Assembly: GCA_035999335.1 (NCBI GenBank)
Contig: DASYGV010000175.1
Location: 10,807 to 74,806 of the forward strand
DNA: 64,000 nucleotides
Direction of reading: 5' to 3'
Source of the DNA: Thermoanaerobaculia bacterium
GTDB taxonomy: Bacteria; Acidobacteriota; Thermoanaerobaculia; Gp7-AA8
This document shows, in pieces, positions 32,298-41,598 of this stretch (within the stretch, counting starts at the first letter, position 1; every line of letters starts with the position of its first letter). Both the position numbers and the translations under genes were made by a program. The notes beneath the pieces were generated by a model. That model ran no database searches. It saw only the letters and a program-made list of their open reading frames with translations, and was not told the origin of the DNA.

Positions 32298-34946
32298 GTG
32301 CTTTTCCAATCCGGTACCCGAGACGTCGTCAAGCGCCTCGCCAACAAGGAATTCAACACCGCCGAAGAGCGGGACGCGCTTCTCGCACGCCTTGCGTCGG
32401 CGGAAGACCTGCGCCCGCAGGATCTCGTCTGGACGCTCTTCCGTCCCGACCGCGTGATGCGCGACGCGGGCGCGAAGCTCCTCCAGCGTCTTCGCGATCC
32501 CGAGACGTTGAGCGTCTTCATCACCGAGGCGAAAGGAAAACCCGAAGCCGCGTTCCGCGCGGCGACCGGGGTCTTCTTCAGCCTCGGATTGCCGGGCGTC
32601 GAGAGCGAGCTCCCGAAGCTTCTCGCTCCGGCGAAGGAGACGAAGGAAGCGCTCGAGATCCAGGACCTCGCGCGACGCATGATCGCCGAGGCGCCCGCGA
32701 GCCGAGCGCTCGAGCCGCTGCTGTGGCAACTCGCGGCGACTGGTTCTATCGACGACCGCATCGCGTTTCTCGCCAGACTCGCCGCGCAGGAGCCGGACGA
32801 GCGCGGCATCGTGCGCTGGCAGCGGCTCGTGCAGGACGCCGATCCGCGCGTCCGTGAAAAAGCGCTCGAAGTGCTGGCCACGCGCGCGCCGATGTCGTCG
32901 GTCGATCTCTTCGTGCAGCACCTTCCGCTCGTCAGCTACAACGTTCAGCAGGTTCTGATCGAGGCGCTCACGCGCGCCGCGGCGACACAGCCGCCCGAGT
33001 TCGCGGAACAGCTCCTTCCGCTCGTCGCCTCCGGCGATGCCGGCACCCGCAGCGCCGCGATGAAGATCCTTCTCGGGATGCGCGACCGCTCGGGTCTCGT
33101 GAAGCGCTACATCCGCTTCACGCAGAAGCTCGCCGGGTTCGTGCGCGACCGCGCCATCGAGTCGATCCGCGCGTTCGGCGATCAGGTCATCGACTCGACC
33201 ATCGAGCTCCTCGGCGATCCCGATGCCGACTTGCGCGCCGCGGCCATCGCCGTCGCCGGCACGTTCGAAGACCAGCGCATCGTCCCCGCGACGATCGTCC
33301 TTCTCAAGGATCCGGACTGGTGGATCCGCATCGTGGCCGCGGAGACGCTCGGGCGACTCAAGGACCCGCGTGCGGTCGAGCCGCTGATCGCCCTGCTCGC
33401 CGAGCCCGAGGCGAAGTGGGCCGCGGTCGAAGCCCTCGGACACCTCGCCGATCCGCGTGCGCTCAGCGCCCTCGGACGCATGCTCGGTGACCCCGAGGCG
33501 AACGTGCGCATCGAGGTGATGCAGTCTCTCCGCAACTTCAATCATCCGCAGGTCGTCACCGCGCTCACGCAGATGGCGACGAAGGACCCCGAGCGCGCCG
33601 TGCGCATGCGCGCGCTCGACATCCTCGAGGAGATCGAGAAGCGGGAGAACGCATCCGTGCGCAGCGACGCGCTCGCGGCGCGTCCGCGCGCGGGTGAGCC
33701 GAAGCTGCATGCGTTCCTCATCAGCACGCGCAACAGCGGCGCGTCCGACTTCCACCTATCCGTCGGACAGCCGCCGATCGTGCGCATGGCCGCCGACCTG
33801 CTCCGCGCGCAAGGCGAGCCGTTCACCGCCGAGCAGACCGAGGCGCTGCTTCGCGAGATCCTCACCGACGCGCAGTGGGAACATCTGCGGCGCGACCAGC
33901 AGCTCGACTTCTGCCACTACATCCCGCAAGCCGGCCGCTACCGCGCAAACGTCTTCCTCGATCACAGCGGCATGAACGCGGTGTTCCGCGTGATCCCGGA
34001 GAAGTCGCCGACGATCCAGGAGCTCGGACTTCCCGCGCATCTCGCGGAAGTCGCGGACTACCACCAGGGACTCATCCTCATCTGCGGTCCGTCGGGCTCC
34101 GGCAAATCGACCACTCTCGCCGCGCTCGTGAATCTCTTCAACGAGACGCGCACGGATCACATCCTGACGATGGAGGACCCAGTCGAGTTTGTGCATCCGT
34201 TCAAGAACTGCCTGATCAATCAGCGCGAGGTCGGGACGCACACGGAGTCGTTCGCGCGGGCGCTCCGCGCAGCACTGCGCGAAGATCCGGACGTGATCGT
34301 CATCGGCGAGCTGCGCGACAACGAGAGCGTTGCGCTCGCGCTCACCGCCGCCGAGACCGGCCACGTCGTCCTCGGTACGCTCAGCGCAACGAGCGCGCCG
34401 AAAGCAATCGATCGCCTCATCTCCAGCTTTTCAGCCGGCGAACAGCCACAGATCCGGGCGTCGCTCTCCGAGTCGCTGAAGTACGTCATCGCGCAACGGC
34501 TCCTTCCGGCGAAGGAAGAACGCCGGCAGGTGGCGTGCTTCGAAGTCCTCAAGGGGACGATGAACATCGCCAACATGATCCGCACGAACAACGCCGCGAA
34601 GACGATGGACCGCATCATCAGCGTCTTCCCTTCCGGCGAGCAGGAAGGCATCCGCAACGTCCTCGGCGAAACGATCCGCGCCGTGCTCGCGCAGCAGCTC
34701 ATCCCCCAGATCGGCGGAGGCCGCGTGGCCGCGCTGGAGATCCTCTTCAGCTCCCCCGCGATCGGCAACATGATCCGCGAAGGAAAAACGTCGCAGGTCA
34801 CGTCCGCGATTCAGACGGGTGTTCGCGAAGGGATGGTGGACATGGACACGTCGATCCGGCGGCTATACGAGGCGAAGCGGATCAGCGCACGAGCCGCGTA
34901 CGACAAGGCGATCGACAAAGAGAGTTTCAAGGATCTGGAGGGGTAA
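32298..34946 (+). CDS. HEAT-repeat domain fused to a PilT-type (type IV pilus retraction-like) hexameric ATPase
   Basis: HEAT/PBS-lyase repeats (DPDWWIRIVAAETLGRLKDPRAVEPLIALL...). PilT core motifs: GPSGSGKSTT, EDPVEF, VIVIGELRD, GHVVLGTLSATS. The C-terminal segment is duplicated. Confidence 0.88.
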   Translation: MLFQSGTRDVVKRLANKEFNTAEERDALLARLASAEDLRPQDLVWTLFRPDRVMRDAGAKLLQRLRDPETLSVFITEAKGKPEAAFRAATGVFFSLGLPGVESELPKLLAPAKETKEALEIQDLARRMIAEAPASRALEPLLWQLAATGSIDDRIAFLARLAAQEPDERGIVRWQRLVQDADPRVREKALEVLATRAPMSSVDLFVQHLPLVSYNVQQVLIEALTRAAATQPPEFAEQLLPLVASGDAGTRSAAMKILLGMRDRSGLVKRYIRFTQKLAGFVRDRAIESIRAFGDQVIDSTIELLGDPDADLRAAAIAVAGTFEDQRIVPATIVLLKDPDWWIRIVAAETLGRLKDPRAVEPLIALLAEPEAKWAAVEALGHLADPRALSALGRMLGDPEANVRIEVMQSLRNFNHPQVVTALTQMATKDPERAVRMRALDILEEIEKRENASVRSDALAARPRAGEPKLHAFLISTRNSGASDFHLSVGQPPIVRMAADLLRAQGEPFTAEQTEALLREILTDAQWEHLRRDQQLDFCHYIPQAGRYRANVFLDHSGMNAVFRVIPEKSPTIQELGLPAHLAEVADYHQGLILICGPSGSGKSTTLAALVNLFNETRTDHILTMEDPVEFVHPFKNCLINQREVGTHTESFARALRAALREDPDVIVIGELRDNESVALALTAAETGHVVLGTLSATSAPKAIDRLISSFSAGEQPQIRASLSESLKYVIAQRLLPAKEERRQVACFEVLKGTMNIANMIRTNNAAKTMDRIISVFPSGEQEGIRNVLGETIRAVLAQQLIPQIGGGRVAALEILFSSPAIGNMIREGKTSQVTSAIQTGVREGMVDMDTSIRRLYEAKRISARAAYDKAIDKESFKDLEG

Positions 34947-35031
34947 TAGGACATATAGGACGGATAGGACTCATAGGACTCATAGGACGTCCTATCTGTC
35001 CTATTCGTCCTATCTGTCCTATTCGTCCTAC
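34947..35031. repeat. 85-bp palindrome built from 9-nt periodic ATAGGACNN units; bidirectional terminator candidate
   Basis: ataggacat ataggacgg ataggactc ataggactc ataggacgt | cctatctgt cctattcgt cctatctgt cctattcgt ccta. It lies between convergent genes, and the amidase stop codon is inside it. Confidence 0.85.
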
Positions 35032-36578
35032 ACCGTTGCCCTGAACTCCGGCGCTTTGCGCGCTTTCGTCGCCTGCTCGAACGCAAACGCGTACTTCAAC
35101 AACGCCGGCTCGCTCCACGCGTCCGCGAAGAACGACAGCCCTACCGGCAATCCGAACGCCGACCCGGCGGGCACGGTGATGTGCGGGTAGCCCGAGACCG
35201 CGGACGCGCTCGAATACCCGCCCACGTAGTGATCGCCGTTCACGAGGTCCGTCGTCCAAACCGGCGATCCCGTCGGTGCGATGAGCGCGTCGAGCTTGTG
35301 CTGCTTCATCACCGCGTCGATGCCCTCGTTGCGCGAGAGTCGATGATTCTTCGCCAGCGCCTTCTTGTACGCGGCGTCGGTGAGCGATCCCTTCTCCTGC
35401 GCCTGCACGAAGATCTCCTGGCCGAAGTACGGCATCTCGCGCTCGCGGTTCTCTTCGTTGAACTTGATGAGATCCGCGAGCGTGCGCGTCTTCACCTTCG
35501 TGTTCGCGAGGTAGACGTTGATGTCCGTCTTGAACTCGTACAGCAACACCTCGAACTCGGAGTCGTTGTACTTGCCGTGCGACTTCATCTCCACCGGATC
35601 GATGAGCGTCGCTCCGAGCTGCCGCAGCGTGTCGAGCGCGGAGTCCATGACCTTCTTCACGTGATCGTTGACGTCGAAGTACTGCCGCGCGACGCCGATG
35701 CGCGCACTGCGCAGACCGTTCGCGTCGAGGAACTGCGTGTAGTCCGCGTGCGCGTGACCTCGGCTCGTCGACGTGATCGCGTCGAGCGAGTCGATGCCCG
35801 TCATCGCGCCGAGGAGGATCGCGGCGTCGGTGACGGTGCGGGTCATCGGGCCGGACGTGTCCTGGCTGTGCGCGATCGGGATGATGCCGCTGCGGCTGAT
35901 GAGACCGAGCATCGGCTTGACTCCGACGAGCCCGCACGACGACGAGGGACAGACGATCGAGCCGTCCGTCTCCGTACCGACGCCAACAGCCGCGAAGCTC
36001 GCCGCAATCGCCGCACCGGTGCCGGAGCTCGAGCCGCAGCAATTGCGGTCCAGCGCGTACGGATTGCGCGTGAGCCCTCCGCGTCCGCTCCAGCCGGACG
36101 TCGATTTCGTCGAGCGGAAATTCGCCCACTCGCTCAGGTTCGTCTTGCCGAGGAGCACCGCGCCCGCTTCGCGCAGCCGGCGCACGATGTGCGCGTCGCT
36201 GCCGGCGATGTGTTCTGCCAGAGCGAGCGATCCCGCGGAAGTGGCCATCCGATCCGCGGTGTCGATGTTGTCCTTGATGACGATCGGAATGCCGTGCAGC
36301 GGTCCGCGCACGTGTCCGGCCTTGCGCTCGCCATCCAGCGCATCCGCGATCGCGAGCGCGTCGGGATTCAGCTCGATCATCGAACGGATCTGGTTCCGAT
36401 CGAATGCCTCGATGCGCCTCAGATACGCCTCGGTCAGCGCACGCGCGGAGAAGCGCTGCATCTGCGCGATAGTCAGCTCTTCGAGCTGGATGTCGTCGGC
36501 GAAGGTGATGCGCGGCAGCGCGAGCGCTGCTGCGCCGAGGGCGCTGAGGCGAACGAATTCACGGCGATGCATCGCCAA
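35028..36578 (-). CDS. Amidase (amidase-signature family), Tat-type signal
   Basis: MAMHRREFVRLSALGAAALALP (twin-Arg). GSSSGTGAAIAASFAAVGVGTETDGSIVCPSS is the AS signature. Confidence 0.9.
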   Translation of the reverse strand: MAMHRREFVRLSALGAAALALPRITFADDIQLEELTIAQMQRFSARALTEAYLRRIEAFDRNQIRSMIELNPDALAIADALDGERKAGHVRGPLHGIPIVIKDNIDTADRMATSAGSLALAEHIAGSDAHIVRRLREAGAVLLGKTNLSEWANFRSTKSTSGWSGRGGLTRNPYALDRNCCGSSSGTGAAIAASFAAVGVGTETDGSIVCPSSSCGLVGVKPMLGLISRSGIIPIAHSQDTSGPMTRTVTDAAILLGAMTGIDSLDAITSTSRGHAHADYTQFLDANGLRSARIGVARQYFDVNDHVKKVMDSALDTLRQLGATLIDPVEMKSHGKYNDSEFEVLLYEFKTDINVYLANTKVKTRTLADLIKFNEENREREMPYFGQEIFVQAQEKGSLTDAAYKKALAKNHRLSRNEGIDAVMKQHKLDALIAPTGSPVWTTDLVNGDHYVGGYSSASAVSGYPHITVPAGSAFGLPVGLSFFADAWSEPALLKYAFAFEQATKARKAPEFRATV

Positions 36579-36595
36579 AGTTTATGGCGTTTTGT

Positions 36596-36723
36596 CTAGG
36601 AGTGCGGTGGCGAGGGTGGTGGGTGGCGGGAAGCCACCGCTCTGGTAGGGTGGGTGGTGGCGCTCCGAACGTACCAGAGCGGTGGCTCTCCGCCGCCCAC
36701 CCGCCTCGCCACCGCACTCCTAG
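36596..36723. repeat. MITE-like palindromic element bounded by CTAG (family 2, copy b)
   Basis: CTAGGAGTGCGGTGGCGAGG...ccaccgctctggta...taccagagcggtgg...CCTCGCCACCGCACTCCTAG. The right CTAG supplies the TAG stop of the minus-strand phosphotransferase gene. Confidence 0.85.
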
Positions 36724-37751
36724 ATCAGTCGCCTGCAACGCCAGTGCAGGTAGTTCACGAGGATCCAGAAACGGCGGAAGCGCGGGTTGCGCGTCTGCTT
36801 GTGGTGATAGCGGTAGTAGATCTGCTGCGCGATCACCGACAGTCGGAAGAGGCCGTAGACCTCGTAAAACGTCCAGTGTTCGGGAGTGAAGCCCGTCTTC
36901 GACGAGTAGTACTCGACGACCTCGGCGCGCGTGAGCATGCCCGGCGTATGCGTCGGCTGACGGCGCGTCCAGCGCGCCATGAAGTCGTCGTCGGCCTGAA
37001 TCCAGTACGCGAGCGCGTTGCCGAGGTCCATCCACGGATCGCCGAGCGTGGCCAGCTCCCAGTCGAGCACGCCGATGATGCGCGTCGGATCGTCGCGGTC
37101 GAGCACGATGTTGTCGAAACGAAAATCGTTGTGCGTGATGCAGATTCTCTCCGCCGGCGGGATGTTGTCCGCGAGCCACTGCATCACGCGCGTGCCCTTC
37201 GCGACGTTCCATGTGCGCGCGTTGCGATAGCGGTCGCTCCATCCTTCGATCTGCCGCCGCGTATAGCCCGCGCCCTTCGCGAGGTGCTCGAGACCCGCCG
37301 CGACGTGATCGACCTGATGCAGCGCGACGAACGTGTCGAGAAACTTCAGACAGAGCTCGCGCACTTTCTCCGGAGGCAGGTCCACGCCGAGCTCGCGCCG
37401 CGGAATGATTCCGTCGAGACGTTCCATGACGTAGAACTCAGCGCCGGTCACGGACTCGTCCGCGCAGTGCGCGATCATCGTCGGCACGTACGGGAACACG
37501 GGCTTCAGCGCGCGCTGCAATCGGAACTCGCGTCCCATGTCATGCGCCGACTTCGCCTTCGTCCCCGCCGGCGGCCGCCGCAGGATCAGATCGTGCGATT
37601 CGTACTGCAGCCGATAGGTCCAGTTCGACGCGCCGCCGGAAAATTGAGTGATGGCCGGCGCGCCGCGAAGATCGGGGATCTGCGTTCGTAGCCACGCGTC
37701 CACGTTGGGGACGTTGAGCTCTTCACCGGGACTGACAGAGCCCTCGTTCAT
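36720..37751 (-). CDS. Phosphotransferase (APH/choline kinase-like) family protein
   Basis: ITHNDFRFDNIVLD catalytic loop and VLDWELATLGDP. It overlaps the upstream acyl-CoA dehydrogenase gene by 4 nt (ACAD10/11-like pairing). Confidence 0.85.
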   Translation of the reverse strand: MNEGSVSPGEELNVPNVDAWLRTQIPDLRGAPAITQFSGGASNWTYRLQYESHDLILRRPPAGTKAKSAHDMGREFRLQRALKPVFPYVPTMIAHCADESVTGAEFYVMERLDGIIPRRELGVDLPPEKVRELCLKFLDTFVALHQVDHVAAGLEHLAKGAGYTRRQIEGWSDRYRNARTWNVAKGTRVMQWLADNIPPAERICITHNDFRFDNIVLDRDDPTRIIGVLDWELATLGDPWMDLGNALAYWIQADDDFMARWTRRQPTHTPGMLTRAEVVEYYSSKTGFTPEHWTFYEVYGLFRLSVIAQQIYYRYHHKQTRNPRFRRFWILVNYLHWRCRRLI

Positions 37752-38968
37752 CGGTACTTGGCCACCTCACGCTTCCCGATCACTCCCAGATGCACCTGAT
37801 CCGGTCCGTCCGCGATGCGCAGGGAGCGCGCGATGCCGAAGAGCGCGGTCAGCGGAACGTCGTGCGAAACGCCGGCGCCGCCGTACATCTGCACCGCGTC
37901 ATCGACGATGCGCTGGAGCAAGTTCGGTGCGACGACCTTGATCGCCGAGATTTCCGTCATCGCCTTCGCCGCGCCGACCGTATCGATGCGCCACGCCGCG
38001 TACAGCGTGAGCAAACGCGCCTGATCGATCGCGATGCGATGCTCCGCGACGCGCTCGCGGTTGCCGCCGAGGTCGATGATCGGCTTGCCGAATGCGACGC
38101 GCGAGAGTCCGCGCGTGATCATCAGCTTCAGCGCGCGCTCCGACGCCCCGATCGAGCGCATGCAGTGATGGATGCGTCCGGGACCGAGGCGACCCTGCGC
38201 GATCTCGAAGCCGCGTCCAAGGCCGGCGATCAGGTTCGTCTTCGGGACGCGCACGTTCGTGTACGACACTTCGCCGTGTCCGTATGGCTCGTCGTATTCG
38301 CCGAACGCGGGAAGCATCCGTTCGATCTTTACGCCGTGCGTATTCAGTGGAACGAGCACCATGCTGTGCTGGTGATGCCGATCGTTCTCCGGATTCGATC
38401 GGCCCATGAAGATCGCGAGCTTCGCGCGTGGGTGTCCGAGGCCCGTCGACCACCACTTGCGCCCGTTCAGCACGAGCTCGTCGCCGTCCTCAACGATCGT
38501 CGCACTGATGTTCGTCGCATCGCTCGACGCGACGTCCGGCTCGGTCATGCAGAAGACCGAGCGAATCTCACCCGCGAGCAGCGGCGTCAGCCACTGGTCC
38601 TTCTGCTGCTGGCTGCCGTAGTGGTAGAGCACTTCCATGTTGCCGGTGTCCGGCGCGTTGCAGTTGAAGATCTCGGGTGCGATGACGCTGTGGCCCATCG
38701 CCTCGGCGAGCGGCGCGTACTCGAGCGTCGTCAGGCCCGCGCCGAGGGTCGCGTCCGGCAGGAACAAGTTCCACAGTCCTTCCGCGCGCGCTTTCGCCTT
38801 GAGCTCGTCGATCCGCGTGGGCACTTTCCACTTCGTCCATTCGCCGCCATGGTTTTTGGAGCGCATTTCTCCGAGAATGGACGCCTCGGCGGGCGCGATG
38901 TGTGAAGCGACGAAAGCGGTGACGCGATCGAGCGCGTCCTGACAGCGCGGGGACAGCTTGAACTCCAT
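37748..38968 (-). CDS. Acyl-CoA dehydrogenase
   Basis: MEFKLSPRCQDALDRVTAFV..., FCMTEPDVASSD, final IADGPDQVH. I preferred the ATG at 38968 because the track start at 39094 overlaps the divergent gene. Confidence 0.88.
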   Translation of the reverse strand: MEFKLSPRCQDALDRVTAFVASHIAPAEASILGEMRSKNHGGEWTKWKVPTRIDELKAKARAEGLWNLFLPDATLGAGLTTLEYAPLAEAMGHSVIAPEIFNCNAPDTGNMEVLYHYGSQQQKDQWLTPLLAGEIRSVFCMTEPDVASSDATNISATIVEDGDELVLNGRKWWSTGLGHPRAKLAIFMGRSNPENDRHHQHSMVLVPLNTHGVKIERMLPAFGEYDEPYGHGEVSYTNVRVPKTNLIAGLGRGFEIAQGRLGPGRIHHCMRSIGASERALKLMITRGLSRVAFGKPIIDLGGNRERVAEHRIAIDQARLLTLYAAWRIDTVGAAKAMTEISAIKVVAPNLLQRIVDDAVQMYGGAGVSHDVPLTALFGIARSLRIADGPDQVHLGVIGKREVAKYR

Positions 38969-39047
38969 GGCGCGAAGTATAGAAGTGTCCGGTGGTCCCG
39001 CGTTTGCGAATGGCGAGGACGGCAGTTGACCGAACCCGGAGGCTAAT

Positions 39048-39974
39048 GTGAGGAAATCCAAGCAGTTGGCGTCACTGACACTGGCTGTGTTCACCCTGGC
39101 GGGAACGTCCGCTTTTGCGGAATCCCGTCATTCGAATGAGACACGGTCGCGCGGCGAAGCCCGCGGTACAGTTCGCCGAGGAGGCACTCCGTCGGGCTCT
39201 CGAGTGACCGTGGAAGGGCGTCGCGGTGACAGTTCGCGAAACCGTTCCGTCGAGAGACGCGGCGAAGGACGCACGACGGAGCGTCGTCAGCAAGGGCGCA
39301 CGGTGGAGCGTCGCTCGACCGTGCGCCGTTCCGAAGGGCGCACGTACGAGCGCCGCGCTGATCGCAACAACGACTCGCGCTATCGCAACGAGTCGCGCAA
39401 TCGCAGCAGCGATCGCTATCGCAATGACGGGCGTTTCGAGAACGACGGCCGCTTTCGCAACGACGGCCGCTACGACCGCAATCGAGGAGGCTCGCGTTAC
39501 GGCAATCGCCAGCCGTACTACGCGAACGGCCGCATCTCGCGCTGCGAACGCTACGGCGGTGGCTATCGCGTGTGGATCCACGGTGCGGCGTATCCGTTCT
39601 ACGTGCCGCTCGCGTACTGGCATCACAACCGTTTCCGCGTCGGCCTGACCATTGGCCTCGGCGGCTACTACAACCCGCTCGGCTACTACGATTACTGGGA
39701 CGGCTACCGCGACGGCGTCTACAACAGCGGCTACCGCGCGCAATCAGAGGCCGACTTCCGCGGCGTGGTGGAGAGCGTTGACCATCGCCGCGACTCGTTC
39801 GTCGTGCGCAACGACGAAACCGGCAACTTCATCACGGTGGTCCTGCGCGACGAGCGTGAGACGCTGCCGCGCGTGGGCGACTACGTCGCGGTTCGCGGCG
39901 ACTGGACCACGCGCGGCTACTTCCGCGCGTACGACATCGATTTCCTCGACAACGACCGATACGAACGGTACTGA
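39048..39974 (+). CDS. Secreted Arg/Asn/Asp-rich low-complexity protein with Tyr/Gly-rich C-terminal domain
   Basis: Signal peptide LASLTLAVFTLAGTSAFA. Repeats GRT.ERR and RNDGRF. No recognisable family. Confidence 0.65.
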   Translation: MRKSKQLASLTLAVFTLAGTSAFAESRHSNETRSRGEARGTVRRGGTPSGSRVTVEGRRGDSSRNRSVERRGEGRTTERRQQGRTVERRSTVRRSEGRTYERRADRNNDSRYRNESRNRSSDRYRNDGRFENDGRFRNDGRYDRNRGGSRYGNRQPYYANGRISRCERYGGGYRVWIHGAAYPFYVPLAYWHHNRFRVGLTIGLGGYYNPLGYYDYWDGYRDGVYNSGYRAQSEADFRGVVESVDHRRDSFVVRNDETGNFITVVLRDERETLPRVGDYVAVRGDWTTRGYFRAYDIDFLDNDRYERY

Positions 39975-39980
39975 TTCAAA

Positions 39981-40055
39981 AGAACGATGAACGATGAACG
40001 ATGAGCGATGAACTCGCCCATCTATGCATCGTTCATCGTTCATCGCTCATCGTTC
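39981..40055. repeat. Palindrome built from tandem GAACGAT heptamers; bidirectional terminator candidate
   Basis: agaacgatgaacgatgaacgatgagcgatgaac ... catcgttcatcgttcatcgctcatcgttc, located between convergent genes. Confidence 0.85.
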
Positions 40056-40058
40056 CGA

Positions 40059-40958
40059 TCACGGCTCCAGTCCCGGCTCATAGTTCGTCGCGAACGACAG
40101 GAACCGCGCCACCTCGAGGATGTCCTTTCCCACGAACCGCACCGAGTGCGCGTCGATGCGCTCGACGTTCGGCAGGAACGCGAGGATCTCCGCGGGCCGG
40201 TAGTTCTTGAACGTGATCTCCAGCGTCACCGGTGTCTTCGTCGGCACAGGGCGAAAATGGCTCCGGTCCTTCAGCGCGCGCTTTACCGCGTCGCGGATGC
40301 GCTCGCGCGCGGCTTCGGGTGTGAGCGTCTTCGCGGAGTGAAAGCCGTACGCCTCTTTCACCACCGCGCCTTCCAGATCGCCGACGATCTTCTTCGCCTC
40401 CGCGACCGCAACGTCGTCGCCGGAGATCATCACGATCGGGACGCGGAAGTGTCCCGCGATCGCGGCGTTGATCCCGGCTTCGGGCATCGACACGCCGTTG
40501 ATGCGCACGTCCGCGAGCCGCGCGCTGGAGATCGTGTGCGCGCGCACGCCCGCGGGGTTCGTGGTGCTGCTGTGATAGCCGATGAACAGCACGGCGTCGA
40601 ACGTCTCGTCGATGCCCTGCATCATCGACAACGGCCGCGGACCGCCGCGGATCACCGCGACGTCCTTCGGCAGCTTGTCGAGCAGAAGGTTCTGAAAGTT
40701 CCCATGCGAGTCGCTGACGACGATCTCCGTCGCGCCGGCCTCTCTCGCCGAGGCGATCGCCGCGAGCACTTCCTCGGTCATGTACTCGCGCGCCTTCGCA
40801 TATTCGAAGCCGGCCGGACTGAGTTGCTCGGCGGTGACCACTCCGCCGACGCCTTCCATGTCCGCGGAGATGTAGACCTTCAACCCGCGCGGCTGCGCGA
40901 AGAGGGAGACGGTGAAGACTGTGACGAGCGCAAATCGAAAAAGCATGTCCGCGATCAT
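40059..40958 (-). CDS. M55 family D-aminopeptidase (DppA-like)
   Basis: KVYISADMEGVGGVV, VVSDSHGN, FIGYHS. Confidence 0.85.
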   Translation of the reverse strand: MIADMLFRFALVTVFTVSLFAQPRGLKVYISADMEGVGGVVTAEQLSPAGFEYAKAREYMTEEVLAAIASAREAGATEIVVSDSHGNFQNLLLDKLPKDVAVIRGGPRPLSMMQGIDETFDAVLFIGYHSSTTNPAGVRAHTISSARLADVRINGVSMPEAGINAAIAGHFRVPIVMISGDDVAVAEAKKIVGDLEGAVVKEAYGFHSAKTLTPEAARERIRDAVKRALKDRSHFRPVPTKTPVTLEITFKNYRPAEILAFLPNVERIDAHSVRFVGKDILEVARFLSFATNYEPGLEP

Positions 40959-41596
40959 ACCGATCGCGTCGCCAGCCAGATGAGAAAGCCGCGCACACGA
41001 AATTCTTCGGCCGTGAATCCGATCTTTCGCAGGCGTCGCGTGAACGCGGAATCCGGTCCTGCCGACCAGATCGCGAGCACGCCGTTCGGACGCAGCGCCC
41101 CGGCGATGGTGCGAAGTCCGCGCTCGCTGTACAACTGGTCATTGCTCTTCGCCGTGAGCGCGCGCGGTCCGTTGTCGACGTCGAGCACGATCGCGTCGTA
41201 GGTGCCCTCGCGGATCACGCGCGCGACGTCCGCCTCGCGGATGACCACGCGAGGATCGTCGAGCGCGCCGTTGGAGACGTGCGCGAGCGGCCCGCGATGC
41301 CACGCGACGACCGCCGGCACGAGCTCGGCGACGACGACTTCGGCGCGCTTGCCGAGGCATTCGAGCATCGCGATCAGCGTGAAGCCCATACCGAGGCCGC
41401 CGATGACGACGCGCCCGTCGGATGGAACTCGCTTGCACACGAGCGACGCCAGCGCATCCTCGGAGCCGTGCACGCGGCTGTTCATCAACTCGTAGTTCTC
41501 GACGCGGATCGAGAACTCGCTGCCGCGCCGATGCAGCCGCATCTCGGTGCCGTCGCCGGGGATGATCGCCGTGTCGATGAGAGTCCAGGGGAGCAT
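40955..41596 (-). CDS. Spermidine synthase-like SAM-dependent methyltransferase
   Basis: MLPWTLIDTAIIPGDGTEMRLHRRGSEFSIRV..., VVIGGLGMGFT, VLDVDNGP. The track N-terminal extension is Arg-rich and overlaps the sigma factor gene. Confidence 0.75.
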   Translation of the reverse strand: MLPWTLIDTAIIPGDGTEMRLHRRGSEFSIRVENYELMNSRVHGSEDALASLVCKRVPSDGRVVIGGLGMGFTLIAMLECLGKRAEVVVAELVPAVVAWHRGPLAHVSNGALDDPRVVIREADVARVIREGTYDAIVLDVDNGPRALTAKSNDQLYSERGLRTIAGALRPNGVLAIWSAGPDSAFTRRLRKIGFTAEEFRVRGFLIWLATRSV

Positions 41597-41598
41597 GG

